The notes under the pieces were generated by a model. It worked only from the letters and a program-made list of their open reading frames with translations. It was not told where the DNA came from and did not search any database. Made by a program: the position numbers and the translations under genes. Shown here in pieces: positions 42,732 to 52,751 of a stretch of DNA of 64,000 nt; position 1 is the stretch's first letter; each line of letters begins with the position of its first letter. Origin of the DNA: Candidatus Edwardsbacteria bacterium (GTDB lineage Bacteria > Edwardsbacteria > AC1 > EtOH8); the NCBI GenBank assembly GCA_031082425.1, contig JAVHLB010000005.1:100927-164926 (forward strand). The letters run 5' to 3'.

Positions 42732-44953
42732 CAGTCAGCCTCCTGGTCTTTGATTAATACTTCGCGGGCCTTGCTTCCATCGAAGGGGCCCACCACGCTG
42801 GCGGCCTCCAGCTGGTCTATCAGCCTGGCCGCCCGGGAATAGCCCACCTTAAGCCGGCGCTGCAGCAGCGATACCGATCCCTGCTGGTGCCTGACCACCA
42901 GGGCCTTGGCCTCCTCGAAAAGCTCGTCCTGGCCGTCCTCCCCGGCCGAACCCTCGGGAGGCAGAGCCACCTCCATGCTGTATTCGGCATTGTTATTCTC
43001 GGGCTGGCTCTCCGGGGCCGATTGGTCCTGCCCCTCGGTGACCCCGTACCATTGCTTGATGAAACTGACCACTTTTTCGGTTTCGGCGGTGGAGATGAAC
43101 GGCCCGTGCAGCCTCTGGGGCTCGGCCTTGCCCGGCGGCATGTAAAGCATATCTCCCCTGCCCAGCAGGGTCTCGGCCCCGTTGGCATCCAGCACCGTGC
43201 GGGAGTCGGTCTTGGAGGCCACCTGAAAGGCGATCCGGGCCGGGAAATTGGCCTTGATCACCCCGGTGATGACATCCACCGATGGCCGCTGGGTGGCCAG
43301 GATCAGGTGTATCCCCACCGCCCGCGACATCTGGGCCAGCTTGGCGATCCGGCTCTCTATCTCCGAGGCTTCGCGGGAAAGCATCAGATCAGCCAGTTCA
43401 TCTATAACTATAAGCAGGTACGACATCTTTTTGTCGGACTTGCGGTTATAATCACTGATATTGCGGCATCCCTCCTTGGCCAGCACCCGGTACCGGGAAT
43501 CCATCTCGCTTACCGCCAGGCGGAACACCTGCACCACCTCCTGAGAATCGGTGACCACCCCCTCGATGGTCCGGGATATCGGCTTATCGCCGGTATTCTC
43601 CACCTTGTACTGGAACTGCAGATGCGGTATGCCGCGATAGATGGACAGTTCGATCCGCTTGGGATCGATCATGATGAAGTGCAGGTCCTCCGGGGTGCAC
43701 AGGTACAGCAGGCTGGTGATGATGGTGTTAAGGCAGACGCTCTTGCCCGACCCGGTGGAGCCGGCGATCAGCAAATGCGGCATCTCCGACAGATCGGCCG
43801 AAAAGGATTCTCCGGTGATGGTCTTGCCCAAGGCCATGGTCAGCGGCCCCTCCTGGGTCCTGAAATTGCCGGACAAAAAGAGGTCCTTCAGCATCACCAG
43901 CTTGCGATGCATATTGGGTATCTCTATGCCCACCACCCCCTTGCCGGGGATGGGGGCCAGGATGCGGATGCGGTGGGCCTGCATGGCCAGGGCCAGGTCG
44001 TCGGACAGGTTGGATATTTGGTTGACCTTGACCCCGGGGGCCGGCTTGAACTCGTATCGGGTGACCACCGGGCCGGTGTAGCGGTCGGTGATCTCGCCCT
44101 CGATGCCGAATTCCTTGAGTTTCTCCAGCAGGATCTCGGTCTTGTCCTCCTCCTCGACCTCGGCCTTGTCCCGATCGTCCTCCAACAGCGCCAGCAGACG
44201 GGCCTGATAATCGTTGCCCAGCTTGGTGAGCCGGGGTTTGGATTCGGCCCTGGGCTTGGCCGGTTCCTTGGCCCGGACCGGCTTGACCGGCTGGTCCGGT
44301 TCTTCAACCGGCGTTTCCGGCTCCGAATTCTCGTTCTTAGCTGCCGGCCTCTTTTTAAAGGTCAATTCCCTGGGCGCCTCCTGGGCCTTTTTTAGCCCGT
44401 CCTTGACCGGCTTGACCGCGATGTTGAGCCAGTGCTGAAAATTGACCTCGGTGCCCACCAGCAGCAGGATCAGGAAAAGGCCGGATATTATCAGCCAGCC
44501 TCCCACCGGGCCGAAGGTACTGCGGGTCAGCTCGGATAAAAAGGTGCCCGCCACCCCTCCCCCGGCTAAATAACCGGTATAGTAAGGAACCTGCAGCAGC
44601 CCGAGGGTGGCCAGGCACAACAGGGTGAAGGTCAGGAAAAGCAGGCTGTTGATCATGGAGCGGCCCAGGGGCTTGTGCCTCAGCCAGATCCATCCCCAGA
44701 TCAGCAGCAGCGCGCTTAGCAGGAAGCCGGCGTAGCCCAGCAGATGGACGGCGCCATAGGCCAGCATATCGCCCAGCGGCCCGCCCCAATTGGCCCGGGT
44801 CCAGTCCTGGCGCCATTGGTGGCTGTCGCTCCCGGAAAAAGAAACCAGGCCCACCAGCAGGAACAGGCCCAGGATCATCACCGACAGCCCGAAGATCTCC
44901 CGGCTGCGGCTTATTTTAGCCTCTTTTTTTGTCTTGCTATCCGCTTTCATCAA
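42731..44953 (-). CDS. ftsK: DNA translocase FtsK/SpoIIIE
   Basis: 740 aa. N-terminal membrane helices, a Pro/Glu-rich linker, a motor domain (GSTGSGKSV) and a C-terminal winged-helix gamma domain. Confidence 0.95.
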   Translation of the reverse strand: MMKADSKTKKEAKISRSREIFGLSVMILGLFLLVGLVSFSGSDSHQWRQDWTRANWGGPLGDMLAYGAVHLLGYAGFLLSALLLIWGWIWLRHKPLGRSMINSLLFLTFTLLCLATLGLLQVPYYTGYLAGGGVAGTFLSELTRSTFGPVGGWLIISGLFLILLLVGTEVNFQHWLNIAVKPVKDGLKKAQEAPRELTFKKRPAAKNENSEPETPVEEPDQPVKPVRAKEPAKPRAESKPRLTKLGNDYQARLLALLEDDRDKAEVEEEDKTEILLEKLKEFGIEGEITDRYTGPVVTRYEFKPAPGVKVNQISNLSDDLALAMQAHRIRILAPIPGKGVVGIEIPNMHRKLVMLKDLFLSGNFRTQEGPLTMALGKTITGESFSADLSEMPHLLIAGSTGSGKSVCLNTIITSLLYLCTPEDLHFIMIDPKRIELSIYRGIPHLQFQYKVENTGDKPISRTIEGVVTDSQEVVQVFRLAVSEMDSRYRVLAKEGCRNISDYNRKSDKKMSYLLIVIDELADLMLSREASEIESRIAKLAQMSRAVGIHLILATQRPSVDVITGVIKANFPARIAFQVASKTDSRTVLDANGAETLLGRGDMLYMPPGKAEPQRLHGPFISTAETEKVVSFIKQWYGVTEGQDQSAPESQPENNNAEYSMEVALPPEGSAGEDGQDELFEEAKALVVRHQQGSVSLLQRRLKVGYSRAARLIDQLEAASVVGPFDGSKAREVLIKDQEAD

Positions 44954-44963
44954 GTGCTTTTCG

Positions 44964-45683
44964 TTATGATTTCATTATCCGGCCGTCCTTGAATACCGGC
45001 ACGGTTCTGGATATATCCAGCTGGGAGGCGTATTTCAGGTCCTCCAGGTAGCCTAAGGAGACCAGATAACCGCCATGCTGGCTCTGCTTGAAGGCCTTCA
45101 GCAGGGATTTCCCCTCCTTCTTGTAAAGGGAGACGGCCATTCTGGCGCCGTCGGTAAGGATGGCCTCCGGGTTTGCTTCCCAGACCAGCCCGGCCAGCAG
45201 CCCGGCGCACAGCATATCCTCCAGGGAGAAGCGCCCCAGTTTTCCCGAGCAGATCAGCAGGATGTCGCTGCCGCCGGAGGCCAGAAATCCGGCCACCGCC
45301 CCGGCGTTCAGAAAACCGGCGATGGAAAGCACCGCCGCCGGCTTGGCCCGGGAGATGACCGAGGTGCCGTTGGTGGTGGACATCAGCAGGGTCTTGTTCT
45401 TGACCACCGGCTCGGTGAATTCCAGGGGGGAGTTCCCCAGGTCGAAGCCGTTGATCTTGTTGCCATCGCGCTCCCCGCACAGGATCACGTTCTCCCGGCC
45501 CAGGGTCTCGGCCAGCCGGGTGGCCTCCTCCACGCTGGGGCAGGGAATGATGTCCCGGCATCCGGCATCCAGGGCGGCCACCATGGTGGTGGTGGCCCGG
45601 AGCACATCGATCACCGTGGCCGAACGGCCCGACAGGTTGATGTCGTTCAGCTCGGAGGGGGTTAAAATTACGTCTATCTGCAC
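44964..45683 (-). CDS. 2-phosphosulfolactate phosphatase (ComB) family protein
   Basis: 239 aa with VIDVLRATTT and TTNGT motifs. Confidence 0.8.
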   Translation of the reverse strand: MQIDVILTPSELNDINLSGRSATVIDVLRATTTMVAALDAGCRDIIPCPSVEEATRLAETLGRENVILCGERDGNKINGFDLGNSPLEFTEPVVKNKTLLMSTTNGTSVISRAKPAAVLSIAGFLNAGAVAGFLASGGSDILLICSGKLGRFSLEDMLCAGLLAGLVWEANPEAILTDGARMAVSLYKKEGKSLLKAFKQSQHGGYLVSLGYLEDLKYASQLDISRTVPVFKDGRIMKS

Positions 45684-45689
45684 TGTTTT

Positions 45690-46808
45690 TTATTTCTTGG
45701 TGGTTGACGGATCGAAGGTTTCCCAGCCCCGGGAATCGGTGGACTCGATGCCCCGCAGGCGGAGCTTGAACTCGTCGGGGTTGGTGACGCTCTGGATGGC
45801 GGTCTCGTAGGTGATCAGCCCGTCCCGGTAATGCTTCATGATCGACTGGTCGAAGGACTGCATGCCGTATTGGGAGCTTCCCTCCTGGATCAGCTGGGGG
45901 ATATCCATGGTCTTGATGGGGTCCAGCAAATAATCCCTGATGGTCTGGTTGTTGATCATCACCTCCACCGCCGGGACCCGCCCCTTGCCGTCGGCCCGGG
46001 GCAGCAGCCGGAGAGAGATCACCCCCACCAGGGTGGCCGAAAGCAGCACCCGGACGTGCTCGTGCTGGTGCGGCGGGAAGAAGGAGATGATTCGGTTGAT
46101 GGTCTCCGGGGCGTTAAGGGTGTGCAGGGTGCTGAACACCATGTGTCCGGTATCGGCCGCCTGCAGCGCGGTGGCCAGGGTGGTCTTGTCCCGGATCTCC
46201 CCGATCAATATCACATCCGGATCCTGCCGCAGCACATGCTTCAGGGCGGCGGCGAAGGTCTTGGTATCGGTGCCTATCTCCCGCTGGCTGATCAGGGATT
46301 TCTTGTCCCGGAAGATGAACTCGATGGGGTCCTCCACCGTGATGATGTTGCGGTTCTCGGTCTCGTTGATGAACTCCAGCATCGAGGCCAGGGTGGTGGA
46401 CTTGCCCGAGCCGGTGGTCCCGGTCACCAGCAGCAGCCCCCGGTTGCTGAGGGCCAGCTCCTTGGTTATCGGCGGCAGCATCAGCTCGTCGACCTTCTTG
46501 ATGTTGAAGGGAATGGCCCGCATGGCCAGGGCCACCGAGCCCCGCTGCATGTAAACATTCACCCGGAAGCGCCCCAGGCCGGCCACCCCCATGGAGAAAT
46601 CCAGCTCCTTCTCGTCGGCGAACAGCTGCTGCTGGTCCTTGGGCATCAGCTGCAGGGCCACCTGGCGCAGCTCCTCCGGAGACAGGGGGGGCTCCTCCAG
46701 GGGGCGCAGGAACCCGTCGATCCTCAGCACCGGCGGCAGGCCGGCCTTGAGATGCAGGTCCGAGGCGTTCTCCTTGACCATCCGCTCCAAGGTTCTTTTA
46801 AGATCCAT
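45690..46808 (-). CDS. pilT: type IV pilus retraction ATPase PilT
   Basis: 372 aa with ASDLHL, GTTGSGKSTT and a PilT-type C-terminus. Confidence 0.9.
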   Translation of the reverse strand: MDLKRTLERMVKENASDLHLKAGLPPVLRIDGFLRPLEEPPLSPEELRQVALQLMPKDQQQLFADEKELDFSMGVAGLGRFRVNVYMQRGSVALAMRAIPFNIKKVDELMLPPITKELALSNRGLLLVTGTTGSGKSTTLASMLEFINETENRNIITVEDPIEFIFRDKKSLISQREIGTDTKTFAAALKHVLRQDPDVILIGEIRDKTTLATALQAADTGHMVFSTLHTLNAPETINRIISFFPPHQHEHVRVLLSATLVGVISLRLLPRADGKGRVPAVEVMINNQTIRDYLLDPIKTMDIPQLIQEGSSQYGMQSFDQSIMKHYRDGLITYETAIQSVTNPDEFKLRLRGIESTDSRGWETFDPSTTKK

Positions 46809-46814
46809 CTTCTA

Positions 46815-47372
46815 TCACACTCTTTCCAAATATTTTCCGGTCCGGGTGTCAATTTTGAGCACATTCCCCTCATTGATGAACAGCGGGACCTGCGCCACCA
46901 GGCCCGATTCCAGGGTGGCCGGTTTGGTGACCGATGAGGCGGTGTCGCCCTTGAAGCCGGGATCGGTCTGGACCACCTTCAATTCCACCGACATGGGCAC
47001 CTCCACCCCGATGACCTCCTCCTTGTTCATCAGCACCTGGACCTCCATGTTCTCCTTGAAGTAAAGCCTGATGTCATGGACCATCTCCTCGGGCAGCTCC
47101 ATCTGCTCGTAGGACTGGGAATCCATGAAATTATAGGTCGAGCCGTCGTTGTACAGATACTGCATCTTGCGGCGCTCCAGCCGGACCTCGGTTATCGATT
47201 CCCCGGAGCGGTAGGTGCGTTCGATCACCGCGCCGGTCTTGACGTTCTTTAATTTTGTCCGGACGAAAGCCCCGCCCTTCCCGGGCTTGACGTGCTGGAA
47301 CTCCACCAGGTAGAACAAAACCCCGTCTATATTCAGCGCCATGCCGGTCCTGAAATCTGCTGTGGATGCCAA
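46815..47372 (-). CDS. efp: elongation factor P
   Basis: 185 aa with the FQHVKPGKGGAFVRTKLKN signature. Confidence 0.95.
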   Translation of the reverse strand: MASTADFRTGMALNIDGVLFYLVEFQHVKPGKGGAFVRTKLKNVKTGAVIERTYRSGESITEVRLERRKMQYLYNDGSTYNFMDSQSYEQMELPEEMVHDIRLYFKENMEVQVLMNKEEVIGVEVPMSVELKVVQTDPGFKGDTASSVTKPATLESGLVAQVPLFINEGNVLKIDTRTGKYLERV

Positions 47373-47398
47373 AACCTACCTCCTTGATTATATGCGTT

Positions 47399-48484
47399 CT
47401 ATGCTTTGATGATTATCAGTTTTTTGGTCGATCGGCTCAATATCCGGCAGTCCCCCTTGGCCACCACCACCAGGTCCTCGATCCGGACCCCGCCCCACCC
47501 CGGCAGGTAGATGCCCGGCTCTACGGTGACCACGGAGTTATCCGGCAGGAGGTTCTCGGCTTTCATGCCCACCCCGGGGGCCTCGTGGACCGCCAGGCCC
47601 ACGCCGTGGCCCAGGCCGTGACCGTAATATTTCCCGTAGCCGGCATCATTGATGATTTTGCGGGCGGCCGCATCGGCCTCCCGACCCCTGACTCCGGCCC
47701 TGACCGCCCTCAGCCCGACAGCCTGAGCTTGGGTGACGATATCGTATATTTTAAGGTGCTTTTCGGATGGTTTGCCCAGGCACACCGTCCGGGTCATGTC
47801 GGAGTGATAGCCCCGGTGGATGGCCCCGAAATCCAGCACGATAAAATCGCCTTTTCTCACCTTGCGGTCGCTGGGCTGGGCATGGGGCAGCGCCCCGTTG
47901 GGGCCCGAGCCCACAATGCTGTCGAAGGAGGGGTTGTCGGCCCCCAGCAGCTTGAGGGTGTGGTCCAGCTGGGAGGCGATCATCTTTTCGGTCAGGCCGG
48001 GCTTGATGAACTTCACTATCCCGGCAAAGGCCTGATCGGCTATCTGGGCGGCCCGGGCGATATTCCGGATCTCATCGCCGGTCTTCACCTGGCGCAGATT
48101 TTCGGCCATCCCGCTGGCCGGGATGAATTTCTTCCCGGGCGCCAGCTTCTGCAGCTGCAGGAACTGGGCATAGCTCAGGTTCTGATCCTCGATGCCGATC
48201 TTTCTGGACCTTACAAAGGCCGGCAGGCGGATGAGCTCCTCCAGCAGGCTGCTTGCTATGATAGTGGTCCTGGCATTTTTGACCTCCCTGGCCGACTGTT
48301 CCTGGTATCTGAAGTCGGTCAGAAAGTCCGCCCCCCGGGAATTCACCAGCAGCATCCCGGAGCTGCCGGAATATCCCGCCAGGTACCTGATGTTAATCAG
48401 ATTGGTGAACAGCATGGCGTCCAGTTTCTTCAGACCCAGGGTTTTTTTAATGCTATCGATACGGTTGTTGGCCATTGAGCGCAA
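47399..48484 (-). CDS. M24-family Xaa-Pro aminopeptidase/dipeptidase
   Basis: 361 aa with a creatinase-like N-domain and pita-bread metal ligands (DFG...D, HGLGHGVG, EPG, IED). Confidence 0.85.
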   Translation of the reverse strand: MRSMANNRIDSIKKTLGLKKLDAMLFTNLINIRYLAGYSGSSGMLLVNSRGADFLTDFRYQEQSAREVKNARTTIIASSLLEELIRLPAFVRSRKIGIEDQNLSYAQFLQLQKLAPGKKFIPASGMAENLRQVKTGDEIRNIARAAQIADQAFAGIVKFIKPGLTEKMIASQLDHTLKLLGADNPSFDSIVGSGPNGALPHAQPSDRKVRKGDFIVLDFGAIHRGYHSDMTRTVCLGKPSEKHLKIYDIVTQAQAVGLRAVRAGVRGREADAAARKIINDAGYGKYYGHGLGHGVGLAVHEAPGVGMKAENLLPDNSVVTVEPGIYLPGWGGVRIEDLVVVAKGDCRILSRSTKKLIIIKA

Positions 48485-48555
48485 CTCCTAAATATTTCAT
48501 CAGAGACGGAGGACCGCCCCGGGGCATTTTAAAATTTGCCTGGACGGGGATATTG

Positions 48556-49983
48556 CTACTTTTGGATCTGGGACAGCCAGGACTGAAAACTGCTTACGGT
48601 GTCATCGGCGTTGCCGGCTTTCTCCCCGGATTTGTCTTCGGGCGCAGGCTTGGCGGTCCCGGCGGCTGGTGCGGTCTCCTCCGGAACGGCTGGGGATGTC
48701 CCGGCATCGTTGAACAGGGCGCCGAAATCCATGCCCGAAGCATCCCCGGTCGGTTCCGGGGCTTTCTCCTGGGCCGCCGGAGAGACGGCCGGTTCAGGGG
48801 TTGTCTCCTGGGCGGGAGCCGGCGCAGATGTTTCGGGAATGACCGGTTGGACCGCAGGTTCTTGCTTTTTATCCGATGAACCGAACAGCTGGGCAAAGGG
48901 ATCCTCGGCCGGCGCCGGCATTTCACCTTCGGTCACCGCCGGAGCAGGCTTCTCCGGGGTCTTTCCCGCCGCCGCTTCAATTGGCGCCTCCAGGGCCGGG
49001 GCATCTTCCGGGTAGGCCTTCTCCAAAAGCTCATCCATCCGGTTCTTGTATTCCTCGTTATCCGGCTGGGCGGAGACCAGTTCCTTGTAGATATCTATGG
49101 CCTTCTCCAGAAAGCCCTGCTGAACATAGATCTCGGCCAGGGTGCTGGTGGGTCCCTGGGATTCGGCCTCGGTGGCTTCCGGCCGGGGCTCCTCCGCCGG
49201 TTCAGCGGCAGCGGAGGGAACCTCTGCTTCAGCCGGCGGGACCTGGGTGGTTTCCGACTTGGTTTCTTCTTCAACCGCAGTCGGCTGATCAGCAATGGCA
49301 ACCTCGGCGGCCGGCTCCTCGGCCAACACTGGCGGCAAAGCGATCTCCGGCGATCCCTCCTCGGCGGCCGGCTCCGCTTCAGCCTGCAGCACCTCGGGCA
49401 TGACGGGCATCTCCTGAACAAACGCTTGGGGCGCCGGCTCAGCCGGGGAAATTACCGGCCCGGCCATGGCGGTTTCAGCTGGTGCGGTTTCGACGACCTC
49501 GGCCGCCGGCGGGGCGGCTGGCTCCGGCTGGGGCGGCGCAGCCTCGGCCTGCGGCTCGGTCTGCATCAAGCTTTTAAGCTTGGCGGTCTTTTCCGACAAC
49601 TCGGCATCGGCCGGCTCCAGGTCCAGGACCATCTGGTAATATTTCAGGGCCTCGGGATACATGTTCTGTTTTTCGTAGGTCTCGCCCAGCAGTTTATAGC
49701 CCACCAGGTTCTGCATGTCGTTCTTGATGGTCAGCTCGAACTCCTCCCGGGCCAGGGCGTACATTCCCTTGGCCAGATAGCAGCGGCCCAGTATCAGATG
49801 GGCGATGGCGTAATTGGGGTGGTTCTCCAGGCCTCTTTTGGCAGTGTCTATCGCTTCATCCAGAAGATCCGATTTACGATAAGCGTCGGCCAGCTGGGCA
49901 AAGACCCTCGATTTGGGGTCAGCCTGCAGTTTTTCGCTGAGCTGTTCGATCTCCGGAGAAAGTTTTACATTTTCCTGGGCCAT
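48556..49983 (-). CDS. TPR-repeat protein with long Pro/Ala/Glu-rich disordered regions
   Basis: 475 aa. There are TPR units at the N-terminus and one mid-protein, and the remainder is low-complexity P/A/E. Confidence 0.65.
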   Translation of the reverse strand: MAQENVKLSPEIEQLSEKLQADPKSRVFAQLADAYRKSDLLDEAIDTAKRGLENHPNYAIAHLILGRCYLAKGMYALAREEFELTIKNDMQNLVGYKLLGETYEKQNMYPEALKYYQMVLDLEPADAELSEKTAKLKSLMQTEPQAEAAPPQPEPAAPPAAEVVETAPAETAMAGPVISPAEPAPQAFVQEMPVMPEVLQAEAEPAAEEGSPEIALPPVLAEEPAAEVAIADQPTAVEEETKSETTQVPPAEAEVPSAAAEPAEEPRPEATEAESQGPTSTLAEIYVQQGFLEKAIDIYKELVSAQPDNEEYKNRMDELLEKAYPEDAPALEAPIEAAAGKTPEKPAPAVTEGEMPAPAEDPFAQLFGSSDKKQEPAVQPVIPETSAPAPAQETTPEPAVSPAAQEKAPEPTGDASGMDFGALFNDAGTSPAVPEETAPAAGTAKPAPEDKSGEKAGNADDTVSSFQSWLSQIQK

Positions 49984-50057
49984 ATCCTTAACTCCCTTAA
50001 ATTTGCAAATTGATAGGCGGCATCAACCGGAAGGCATAAAATCTAAGTTATAGTGAT

Positions 50058-50086
50058 ATTATATGCTTACCGGCCTGGTTTGTCAA
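50058..50086 (-). promoter_or_regulatory. sigma70-type promoter, exact consensus TTGACA-N17-TATAAT (upstream of the TPR gene)
   Basis: The minus strand reads TTGACAaaccaggccggtaagcaTATAAT. It lies between the mtnA stop and the TPR-protein start. An AGGGAG Shine-Dalgarno sequence precedes the ATG. Confidence 0.6.
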
Positions 50087-50116
50087 CATTTTTCGCCTTA
50101 TATTGCCGGCCCATGA

Positions 50117-51148
50117 TCAGCCGGATATCGCTTTGATTGACCTGCCGAAGGGCGGCCGGATGACACCCTTTTCGGTGATGATGGCGCTGACCAGCTTGCC
50201 GGGGGTGACATCGAAGGACGGGTTGAAAACAGCCATCTTACCGGGTGCGGCGCGGCATTGGCCGAACCTTCTGACCTCATCCGGGTTTCTCTGCTCGATG
50301 GGTATCCGGCTGCCGTCCTTCAACGACCGGTCGAAGGTCGAAAGCGGCGCGGCCACATAGAAGGGTACCCCGTGATGCCGGGCGTTGACCGCCAGACTGT
50401 AGGTGCCTATCTTGTTGGCAAAATCCCCGTTGGCGCATATGCGGTCGGCCCCCACTATGGCGCAGTCGATCTTACCAGACGCCATCAGAGAGGCCGCCAT
50501 GTTGTCGCAGATCAGAACGGCAGGGATCTTCAGCCGGGCCAGCTCCCAGGCCGTCAGCCGGGCCCCCTGCAGCAGGGGCCGGGTCTCATCGACATAGACG
50601 GATCCTACCCTGCCCATTTTGTAGGCGGTGGAGATGATGCCCAGGGCGGTGCCGATGCCCCCGGTGGCCAGGGCCCCGGTGTTGCAGTGGGTGATTATCA
50701 CCGAGTCCTTTCCCAACAAACTTGCCCCCTGCCTTCCGATCAGGCCGCAGGTCACGGCATCTTCAGCATGGATGCCCCTGGCGGCCTGCAGCAGCTTCTT
50801 CTTGATGGCCTCGGCCGGGCCGCCGGACATGATCAGTGAATTGAACCGGGCCTCCATCCTGTCCAGGGCCCAGAAAATATTGACCGCGGTGGGCCGGGTC
50901 TTTTTTATCCTCAGATAACTCTTCCGGAAATCGGCCGAGATATTCTCGGCTCCGGAGCGCCAGATGCCCAGCACCAGGCCGTAGGCCCCGGCGATCCCGA
51001 TCAGCGGGGCGCCCCGGACCGCCAGGCCCTCGATGGCCAGGGCCAGGTCCTCCACTTTCCGGCAGACCAGGTATTCGGCCCTCAGCGGGAGCCGCCGTTG
51101 GTCCAGTAATCTTACCGTGCCGTTCCGCCAGGCGAGGACTTTTTGCAT
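50117..51148 (-). CDS. mtnA: S-methyl-5-thioribose-1-phosphate isomerase (eIF-2B alpha/beta/delta family)
   Basis: 343 aa with LLDQRRLP, RGAPLIG and GADRI motifs. Confidence 0.85.
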   Translation of the reverse strand: MQKVLAWRNGTVRLLDQRRLPLRAEYLVCRKVEDLALAIEGLAVRGAPLIGIAGAYGLVLGIWRSGAENISADFRKSYLRIKKTRPTAVNIFWALDRMEARFNSLIMSGGPAEAIKKKLLQAARGIHAEDAVTCGLIGRQGASLLGKDSVIITHCNTGALATGGIGTALGIISTAYKMGRVGSVYVDETRPLLQGARLTAWELARLKIPAVLICDNMAASLMASGKIDCAIVGADRICANGDFANKIGTYSLAVNARHHGVPFYVAAPLSTFDRSLKDGSRIPIEQRNPDEVRRFGQCRAAPGKMAVFNPSFDVTPGKLVSAIITEKGVIRPPFGRSIKAISG

Positions 51149-51756
51149 TTCAATATTTCCATTCTCTGTATCATGGCATTCAGTTTGACCAGGGGCAGCC
51201 CCATCACGTTGAAATAGCAGCCGTCTATCCTCTCCACCAGCAGCGACCCCAGGCCTTGGATGCCGTAGGCCCCGGCCTTGTCCATCGGCTCACCGGTGGC
51301 GGCATATCTTTTTATCTCCCAAAGGGACAGCTGGCGGAACTTGACCCTGGTCATCTCATGGCCAATGAGCTCGATCTGGCTGTGGGGATCATACAGACAG
51401 AGGCCGGTATAAACCTGGTGCCACCGGCCGGACAATATTTTGATCATCCGCCGGGCATCCTTTTCATCGACCGGTTTTCCCAGAACATGGTGGCGGTAGG
51501 CCACCACCGTATCCGCCCCCAGTATCAGGCGGGAGGCTGAAGATGTCCGCCGTTTCTTTCCCAGAAACCGGGCCTTTAGCTCGGCCAGGTATTCCGCTAT
51601 CTTTTGGGGGTCGGAAAAACCGCAGTTCCCCTCGTCCACTTCGGCCGGTTTGATGATGATATCCGCCCCCAGCCCCTCCAGCAATGCTTTGCGGCGGGGC
51701 GAGGCCGAGGCCAGCAGCAAAGGCGGCCAGTTCATTAAGTTTGATATCTTGGCCAA
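51112..51756 (-). CDS. maf: Maf-family nucleoside triphosphate pyrophosphatase
   Basis: 214 aa with LLLASASPRR, GADT and KAGAYGIQG motifs. Its 3' end overlaps mtnA by 37 nt. Confidence 0.85.
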   Translation of the reverse strand: MAKISNLMNWPPLLLASASPRRKALLEGLGADIIIKPAEVDEGNCGFSDPQKIAEYLAELKARFLGKKRRTSSASRLILGADTVVAYRHHVLGKPVDEKDARRMIKILSGRWHQVYTGLCLYDPHSQIELIGHEMTRVKFRQLSLWEIKRYAATGEPMDKAGAYGIQGLGSLLVERIDGCYFNVMGLPLVKLNAMIQRMEILKCKKSSPGGTAR

Positions 51757-52751
51757 ACCGCCCTGGCGCTCACTTTATATTCGAACTGTTTGTCAGGCGA
51801 ATTCCGGTATAGATGATAGCCGCAGCAGGCGATCATGGCGGCATTGTCGGTGCAAAGCTCGGGATCGGGAATGATCACCTCATGGCCCTCCTGGCTGCCG
51901 AACCAAGCCATTTTTTCACGGAGGGCCCGGTTGGAGGCCACCCCGCCCACTACCGCCATGGTATGGCAGTTCGTCAGGCAGGACGCCCTTCGAAGCTTTT
52001 CCACCAGCACCTCGAACACCGCCTCCTGAAAGCCGGCGCAGATGGCGGAAAGTTCCTGATCGGAAACAGCACCCTTTCCCCGGCCCTGCAGATGATTAAG
52101 CACCGCCGTCTTCAGGCCGGAGAAGGAGAAATCCAGGCTGCCCTGCCCCAGCAGGGCCCGGGGAAATTTCACCGGCTTGAGCTTATTGGCCGCCGCCTGC
52201 CGCTCGATCAGCGGACCGCCGGGATAGCCCAGCCCCATCATCTTGGCGCACTTGTCAAAGGCCTCGCCGGCGGCATCGTCCAGGGTCTGGCCCATCAGGG
52301 ATATCCCGTGATCGCGGTCCATGAAAAACAGCGAGGTATGCCCGCCGGAGACCGCCAGGGCCAGCAGCGGCAGCTTCAGGTCCGGCCGGCTCAGAAAAGC
52401 GGAATAGATATGGCCGGCCACGTGATTAACCGGAACCAATGGTTTCCCCAGGCTCAGGGCCAGTCCCTGGGCGTAGCTATATCCCACCAGCAGGGCCCCG
52501 GCCAGGCCGGGCCTGTTGGTCACCGCTATCAGGTCGAGCCGGCCATGGTCAGCCCCGGCTTTGGTCAAAGCCTCCTCCGCCACCTGGGACACCCGGTTCA
52601 GATGGTCCCGGGCTGCCAGCTCCGGCACCACCCCGCCGTATTGCTGGTGGATCAGCTGGGAATGGATCACATTGCTTAACACGATCTCCCCGTCCTGCAC
52701 CAGGCCGGCCGAGGTCTCGTCGCATGAACTCTCGATCCCCAGCACCATCAT
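51735..52751 (-). CDS. tsaD: tRNA N6-adenosine threonylcarbamoyltransferase
   Basis: 338 aa with LGIESSCDET, NHVAGH and GGVASN motifs. Confidence 0.95.
   Translation of the reverse strand: MMVLGIESSCDETSAGLVQDGEIVLSNVIHSQLIHQQYGGVVPELAARDHLNRVSQVAEEALTKAGADHGRLDLIAVTNRPGLAGALLVGYSYAQGLALSLGKPLVPVNHVAGHIYSAFLSRPDLKLPLLALAVSGGHTSLFFMDRDHGISLMGQTLDDAAGEAFDKCAKMMGLGYPGGPLIERQAAANKLKPVKFPRALLGQGSLDFSFSGLKTAVLNHLQGRGKGAVSDQELSAICAGFQEAVFEVLVEKLRRASCLTNCHTMAVVGGVASNRALREKMAWFGSQEGHEVIIPDPELCTDNAAMIACCGYHLYRNSPDKQFEYKVSARAVWPRYQT

Noticed and set aside
42887-44395. A 502-aa plus-strand ORF, the longest plus-strand ORF in the track.
   Set aside because: It lies entirely antisense to ftsK, which has unmistakable motor-domain motifs. 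Its translation is R/G/H/P/L-rich with no motif, as expected for a stop-poor antisense frame of a GC-rich gene.
44964-45683. A coenzyme M biosynthesis pathway inferred from the ComB-family gene.
   Set aside because: No comA, comC, comD or comE homologues are nearby. ComB-family phosphatases are widespread in bacteria that lack coenzyme M, so no pathway inference is justified.
32575-46808. A type IV pilus operon.
   Set aside because: Only pilD, pilB and pilT are present. Each is isolated among unrelated genes, and no pilin or platform genes are in the window, so this is not a coherent pilus locus.
45831-48478. Plus-strand ORFs of 368 aa (45831-46937) and 370 aa (47366-48478).
   Set aside because: They are antisense shadows of pilT/efp and of the M24 peptidase, respectively. 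Composition is low-information G/R/H/P/L-rich, and no start or SD context or domain signatures are present.
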